Source: Candidatus Magasanikiibacteriota bacterium
GTDB taxonomy: Bacteria; Patescibacteriota; Patescibacteriia; Magasanikbacterales; UBA922
DNA: 64,000 nucleotides
Assembly: GCA_003482855.1 (NCBI GenBank)
Contig: DMXO01000005.1
Coordinates: 227,719-291,718, forward strand
Direction: 5' to 3'
In this document: positions 58,994 through 64,000 of the stretch, piece after piece
How positions within the stretch are numbered: the stretch's first letter is position 1
How the letters are laid out: the number at the start of each line of letters is the position of its first letter
Position numbers and translations under genes: made by a program
The notes under the pieces: model-generated
Seen by the model: the letters and a program-made list of their open reading frames with translations, nothing else
Databases searched by the model: none
What the model was told of the DNA's origin: nothing

Positions 58994-59011
58994 GCTTATT
59001 TCTATATACTA

Positions 59012-59042
59012 CAACCCCCGTAAGGGGGTATTTGTATTTTTA
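59012..59042 (+). terminator. intrinsic terminator after greA
   Basis: ACCCCC-gtaa-GGGGGT followed by TTTGTATTTTT. Confidence 0.65.
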
Positions 59043-59095
59043 TCATGAATTTGATACAATAACCTCATATTTAAGCCAATTTATAGACTTACTTT

Positions 59096-61171
59096 ATGAC
59101 TAATACAACAGAAGTCAATATAAATGATGAACGAAAAATTAGACTAAAAAAAATAGAAGACCTAAAGACAATGGGGATCAATCCTTATCCAGCTCATTGC
59201 GATACACACGAAACTATCAAGCACGCGCTAAATCTACCACAAGGATCTGCTGTCAAAACAGTAGGGCGCCTCATGACAAAACGTGAAATGGGCAAATTAA
59301 CTTTCTGCCATTTACAAGATGAGACAGATAAAATTCAAATTGCTTTTAAACAGGATGAATTGGGGTCAGACAATTATAAATTATTCACTAAAAAAATTGA
59401 TACGGGCGATATTATCTTTGTGGATGGCGAACGATTTGTCACTCATAAAGGAGAGGAATCTATACTTGTCAAAAAATGGATGATTCTTTCAAAGGCATTA
59501 CTGCCATTGCCAGATAAATTTCATGGTTTGCAAAAAGAAGAATTGCGTCTGCGAAAAAGATATCTTGATTTACTTTTGAGTCCAGAAATTAGAGACATAT
59601 TTTACAAAAAAGCGAAATTTTGGGACGTCACAAGAAGCTTTATGAAAGCAAAAGGATTTTTTGAAGTTGAAACCCCTTACCTTGAGACGACGACTGGAGG
59701 GGCAGAAGCGACTCCATTTGCAACACATCACAATGACTTCGACTTAGATGTCTATCTTCGTATTTCAGTAGGAGAACTTTGGCAAAAACGTTTGATGGCA
59801 GCTGGATTTGAAAAGACTTTTGAAATAGGAAGAGTTTTCCGTAATGAAGGATCTAGCCCTGACCACTTACAGGAATTTACTAACATGGAATTTTATTGGG
59901 CGTATGCCAATTATAATGACGGCATGAAATTAGCTCAAGAATTATACCAACAGATTGCCACAGAGGTATTTGGGACTACAAAATTTAAAACGAAAGAATA
60001 CGAATATAATTTAGCAGGAGAATGGCCTCGCATTGATTATACCGACGAAATTAAAAAGCAAACAGGAATTGATACCACACATGCAGATGAAGAGGAAATG
60101 AAAGAAAAGCTTCAAAAATTACATGTATCCTACGAGGGAGATAACAGAGAACGTCTCACAGACACATTATGGAAATACTGCAGACGCAATATTGCCGGTC
60201 CAGCTTTTCTGATTAACCATCCAAAACTTATCTCGCCACTTGCAAAAGCGCGCCCAGAAAATCTGCTAACTACTGAACGTTTTCAAATTATCATTGCGGG
60301 TAGTGAAGTAGGTAATGGATATTCAGAACTTAACGATCCTATAGATCAGCGTGCACGCTTTGAGTTGCAGCAAAAACTTATTGAAAAAGGGGATAGTGAA
60401 GCTATGATGCCTGATTGGGAATTTGTAGAAATGCTTGAGCATGGCATGCCACCAACATGCGGATTTGGTTTTGGCGAACGCTTATTTTCTTTCATGATAA
60501 ATAAACCTATACGTGAATCTGTTTTGTTTCCTCTTATGAAGCCAGAACAAAGTAATCCATCAATCCAAGCAAAGAAACAATATGGAAATCAGCATCTTCC
60601 GATTACACGTGATGAAGCGTTGTCATTTGTGAAAGAATATACCAAAAAAGAAGCAAATCTCAACCACTACCTCGAATCAGAGGCAGTCATGAGACATCTT
60701 GCTAGACGCCTCAGTGAAAATGAATCATATTGGGGTATGCTCGGACTTTTGCACGATATCGATTGGGAAATTACAGAGCATGATCCTACAGATCATCTTA
60801 CTGAAGCTCCAAATATTCTCAAAGCAAAAGGATTTAGTGAAGATTTTATACAAATTATTTTGTCGCATGGATATGGATTTGATTGTGCAGGATTGAAAGA
60901 CAAAAAAAGAACTGAAAAAATAGAGCATGCGCTTGCCTGCAGTGAAACTGTTACTGGTCTTATCTATGCCATTGCACTTATGCGTCCTGACAAAATAAAA
61001 AATTTAGAAATTTCCTCGGTAAAAAAGAAAATGAAAGACAAAAAATTTGCAGCAAATGTTGATAGGGATGTAATAAAAGAATGTGAGAAACTAGGTCTCA
61101 CCATTGATGAATTTTTACAAATTGCTATTAATGCCATGCGCGAAATATCTCATAATATTGGATTGATATAA
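59096..61171 (+). CDS. lysS: lysine--tRNA ligase (class II) fused to a C-terminal HD-domain phosphohydrolase (YqeK-like)
   Basis: 691 aa. Residues 1-~490 are a complete LysRS ending ...GFGFGERLFSFMINKPIRESVLFP. Residues ~500-691 carry an HD motif (GLLHDIDW) plus downstream His/Asp residues. Confidence 0.8.
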   Translation: MTNTTEVNINDERKIRLKKIEDLKTMGINPYPAHCDTHETIKHALNLPQGSAVKTVGRLMTKREMGKLTFCHLQDETDKIQIAFKQDELGSDNYKLFTKKIDTGDIIFVDGERFVTHKGEESILVKKWMILSKALLPLPDKFHGLQKEELRLRKRYLDLLLSPEIRDIFYKKAKFWDVTRSFMKAKGFFEVETPYLETTTGGAEATPFATHHNDFDLDVYLRISVGELWQKRLMAAGFEKTFEIGRVFRNEGSSPDHLQEFTNMEFYWAYANYNDGMKLAQELYQQIATEVFGTTKFKTKEYEYNLAGEWPRIDYTDEIKKQTGIDTTHADEEEMKEKLQKLHVSYEGDNRERLTDTLWKYCRRNIAGPAFLINHPKLISPLAKARPENLLTTERFQIIIAGSEVGNGYSELNDPIDQRARFELQQKLIEKGDSEAMMPDWEFVEMLEHGMPPTCGFGFGERLFSFMINKPIRESVLFPLMKPEQSNPSIQAKKQYGNQHLPITRDEALSFVKEYTKKEANLNHYLESEAVMRHLARRLSENESYWGMLGLLHDIDWEITEHDPTDHLTEAPNILKAKGFSEDFIQIILSHGYGFDCAGLKDKKRTEKIEHALACSETVTGLIYAIALMRPDKIKNLEISSVKKKMKDKKFAANVDRDVIKECEKLGLTIDEFLQIAINAMREISHNIGLI

Positions 61172-61182
61172 CGAGATCTCAT

Positions 61183-61602
61183 ATGAAAAAAGTTTTGATT
61201 TTCGGCACATTTGATATAGTACATGCCGGCCATATTCATATGTTTAAGGAAGCAAGGGAATATGGTGACTGTCTTGTCGTCTCCGTGGCCAAAGACGTAA
61301 ATGCTGAAAAAATAAAAGGTAAAGCTCCGTTTTATAATGAGCATGAACGGGTTGATTTTTTGAAAAATATAAAAATTATTGATGAAGTGCTCATGGGTGA
61401 TGCGAATGATCCATACAAAAATATTAACACGGTCAAGCCTGATGTTATAGCCCTTGGCTACGATCAGAAAGTTTATGTTGATCATTTGGAAGATGCGATT
61501 ACCAACATGGGTTTAGAAATTCAAATAGTGCGTTTGGCTCCCTATTATGAAAAAAGATTCAAAAGTAAAAAATTAAAAAAATATATTGAACGTATAGTTT
61601 AG
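61183..61602 (+). CDS. cytidylyltransferase-like nucleotidyltransferase (HxGH motif; RibL/TagD-like)
   Basis: 139 aa. GTFDIVHAGHIHMF. Confidence 0.6.
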   Translation: MKKVLIFGTFDIVHAGHIHMFKEAREYGDCLVVSVAKDVNAEKIKGKAPFYNEHERVDFLKNIKIIDEVLMGDANDPYKNINTVKPDVIALGYDQKVYVDHLEDAITNMGLEIQIVRLAPYYEKRFKSKKLKKYIERIV

Positions 61603-61609
61603 ATCTACT

Positions 61610-62653
61610 ATGGAACAGCAAAAAATTTTGATTGCCACGACAAATAGAGGAAAATTTCATGAGATGAAAACATTCTTAGATGATCTTCCATTTGAATTTA
61701 TTTCACTTGATGATTTAAAGCACAAACCAAAAGAACCAGAAGAAAATGAAGGAACGATAGAAGGTAATGCTGCACTCAAGGCAAAATATTATGCAGAAAA
61801 GACAGGCTATATAGCACTTGCAGATGACGGGGGTCTTTTTATTGACATTCTAAATGGATGGCCTGGCGTTATAAGTGCTCGAGTTGGAGAAACTGATGAA
61901 GAAAGACGTTCTCATGTGCTTGAAAAAGTAAAAAATTTACCTGATGAACAATGTTCAGCTTCATTTCGGTTGGCTCTTGCGCTGTATGACCCACACAACA
62001 AAAGTCAGTTTCTTTGTCTAGGCGAGCGCGTAGGTAAAATTTTAAAAGAGGGAAGAAAAGGTCCAAGTGCCTGGGGTTATAATGAAATTTTTTATCTTGA
62101 AGATTTAAAAAAAACATATGGTGAGCTGACTCCGGAAGAAAAAAATGCAACAAGCCATCGCGGTAAAGCTTTGCAAAAGACAAAATATTTTTTACAAAAT
62201 AATTATGGAGCAAAACATATTGTTGTCGCTTTGCCCATTGTTATAAATAAAGGACAAATGCTCATCACTCTACGCAATGATCCACACAGACCTGAAGTAC
62301 ACAAAAAATGGGAATTCCCCGGTGGAATAATAGATTTTGGTGAAACAGGGGAAAGTACCTCAATAAAAGAAGTAAAGGAAGAAGCTGGATATGAAGTAGA
62401 CGTCATAAAGCAACTTTCCAAAATCAGCATAAAAGATCATCAATTTCCGCATTTTAGATATCAGGTATATCTCATTCCTTATGTCTGTAAACTTATTGGA
62501 GGAGATGGAAGGTTTAGCAAGACAGAAGTATTGGATGCCAAGTGGATTGATCTTGAGACACATCGTGACTATGATTTCTTGGATGGGGATAACGATTTTT
62601 TGGATGAAATTATGCCGGAATTAAAAGAAATAATCAAAATTCATAATCTATAA
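61610..62653 (+). CDS. RdgB/Ham1-type non-canonical NTP pyrophosphatase fused to a NUDIX hydrolase
   Basis: 347 aa. N-domain ILIATTNRGKFHEM..ADDGGLFI (ITPase). C-domain Nudix box GGIIDFGETGESTSIKEVKEEAGYEV. Confidence 0.75.
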   Translation: MEQQKILIATTNRGKFHEMKTFLDDLPFEFISLDDLKHKPKEPEENEGTIEGNAALKAKYYAEKTGYIALADDGGLFIDILNGWPGVISARVGETDEERRSHVLEKVKNLPDEQCSASFRLALALYDPHNKSQFLCLGERVGKILKEGRKGPSAWGYNEIFYLEDLKKTYGELTPEEKNATSHRGKALQKTKYFLQNNYGAKHIVVALPIVINKGQMLITLRNDPHRPEVHKKWEFPGGIIDFGETGESTSIKEVKEEAGYEVDVIKQLSKISIKDHQFPHFRYQVYLIPYVCKLIGGDGRFSKTEVLDAKWIDLETHRDYDFLDGDNDFLDEIMPELKEIIKIHNL

Positions 62654-62661
62654 ATACATGT

Positions 62662-63909
62662 ATGCTTGATATAAAATTTATCCGTGAAAATACAGACGCA
62701 ATAAAACAAAATTGCAGAAATAGAAATGTAAAAGTCGATGTAGACTTCTTGCTTGAGTTAGATGAAAGACGTCGCAACTTTCAACAACAGATAGATGCTC
62801 TACGTGCTGAACGAAACCATGTGAGCAAAGGAAAACCAAGTGAAGACGAGATCGGACATATGCGTGAAGTGGGAGAAAAAATAAAACAATTTGAAGAACA
62901 GCTAGAAAAAACTCAAATTGAATATAACGAATTACTATTACGTGTACCCAATCTTACACATCCAGATAGTCCCATTGGTGGGGAAGAAAATTTTAAAATA
63001 ATAGAAGAACGCGGAAAAAAGTCGACATTCAATTTTACCCCCAAAGATCATGAAGAAATAATGACTGATCTTGATCTCATAGATTTTGAACGCGGTGCAA
63101 AAGTGACGGGCAGTAAATTTTACTTTGTCAAAAATGATATGGTTCGTCTCAATCAAGCACTTCTGAACTATGGCATGGATATCGTAACGAGACGTGGTTT
63201 TACACTCATAGAAACACCGGATCTCGCCAAACATGAAATTCTTACGGGGGCAGGTTTTAATCCCCGAGGAGAAGAAAAACAAATTTATAATATTGAAAAT
63301 GAAAATATGAGCCTTGTTGGTACGGCCGAAATCACTATGCTTGGATATCATGCAAATGAAGTTCTCGATTTAAATGAAGGACCAAAAAAATATGTCGCGC
63401 TCTCACACTGTTTTCGTACTGAAGCAGGAAGTTACGGACGCACAAGTAAGGGATTATATCGCGTGCATCAATTCACGAAATTAGAGATGTTTATATTTTG
63501 CAAGCCAGAAGAAAGTGAAAAGATGCATGAAGAATTATTGAATATTGAAAAAGAAATTTGTGATGGATTGGGATTCAACTATCGTGTAATCGATATTGCT
63601 AGTGGCGATCTAGGAGGGCCAGCATACCGTAAGTATGATCTGGAAGCGTACATGGTTATGCAAGATGGCTTTGGTGAGATCACCAGTACCAGCAATTGTA
63701 CAGATTATCAGTCACGCCGACTTAATATAAAATACAAAACTGACGAAGGACAGAGTGAGTACGTGCATACGCTCAATGGTACAGCGATTGTACTGAGCCG
63801 TTTTCCAATCGCGATCATCGAACAATTCCAACAAGCAGATGGCACCATACAAATACCTGCTGTTTTACAAAAATTCATGGGGAAAAAATTAATCAAATTA
63901 CATGCATAA
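62662..63909 (+). CDS. serS: serine--tRNA ligase
   Basis: 415 aa. N-terminal coiled-coil arm, class II core with FRTEAG and GSG..R motifs. Confidence 0.9.
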   Translation: MLDIKFIRENTDAIKQNCRNRNVKVDVDFLLELDERRRNFQQQIDALRAERNHVSKGKPSEDEIGHMREVGEKIKQFEEQLEKTQIEYNELLLRVPNLTHPDSPIGGEENFKIIEERGKKSTFNFTPKDHEEIMTDLDLIDFERGAKVTGSKFYFVKNDMVRLNQALLNYGMDIVTRRGFTLIETPDLAKHEILTGAGFNPRGEEKQIYNIENENMSLVGTAEITMLGYHANEVLDLNEGPKKYVALSHCFRTEAGSYGRTSKGLYRVHQFTKLEMFIFCKPEESEKMHEELLNIEKEICDGLGFNYRVIDIASGDLGGPAYRKYDLEAYMVMQDGFGEITSTSNCTDYQSRRLNIKYKTDEGQSEYVHTLNGTAIVLSRFPIAIIEQFQQADGTIQIPAVLQKFMGKKLIKLHA

Positions 63910-64000
63910 ACCATTACTTATCATACTGCCTGGTTGGGGTGGCAATAGACTCACATGGAATGAATTTATTTGCAAAGCCGAAAAAAAATTTGATGTAGAA
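63903..64000 (+). CDS. alpha/beta-hydrolase-like protein (5' partial, runs off window)
   Basis: MHKPLLIILPGWGGNRLTWNEFICKAEKKFDV. Overlaps the serS stop by 7 nt. Confidence 0.3.

Overview
Low-GC (~35%), gene-dense bacterial window, mostly + strand housekeeping genes. The gene content and several unusual fusions suggest a reduced-genome Patescibacteria/CPR-like organism; this is inference only.

Recognisable content:
- a Wzx-like flippase, GT4 and GT2 glycosyltransferases, an O-antigen-ligase-like protein and a Mur-ligase-family protein;
- ftsE-ftsX, mreBCD-mrdA, and a def-fmt operon on the - strand;
- a complete F1Fo ATP synthase operon (atpZ-B-E-F-H-[extra ORF]-A-G-D-C) with a shortened delta subunit;
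- rsmI-metG, tatD, proS, greA, a lysS-HD fusion, a Ham1-Nudix fusion and serS;
- a P-type ATPase, an MsbA-like ABC exporter, a S11 D-Ala-D-Ala carboxypeptidase and a UvrD-helicase/PD-(D/E)xK nuclease fusion;
- four tRNAs: Gly-CCC, Thr-CGT, Gln-TTG and Lys-TTT. Only tRNA-Lys encodes CCA.

What stands out:
- a ~344-nt GC-rich, highly structured standalone ncRNA on the - strand (3355-3698) with its own sigma70-like promoter and intrinsic terminator;
- a ~3.9-kb accessory tract next to tRNA-Lys (9100-12976). It is a tandem series of - strand units, each ending in a degenerate copy of the tRNA-Lys 3' end plus an intrinsic terminator. It includes an exact 16-nt duplication of the tRNA 3' end and homologous GC-rich ~170-bp elements. 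Its cargo is a RelQ-like small alarmone synthetase, an ArsR regulator and small membrane proteins;
- in-frame tandem heptanucleotide repeats (4-5 units) inside four essential genes (fmt, metG, tatD, helicase);
- a cysteine-rich cluster of a 47-aa peptide with 13 Cys and a lipoprotein with ~8 tandem 4-Cys modules, downstream of the ABC exporter.

No CRISPR array, rRNA, transposase or integrase gene was seen.
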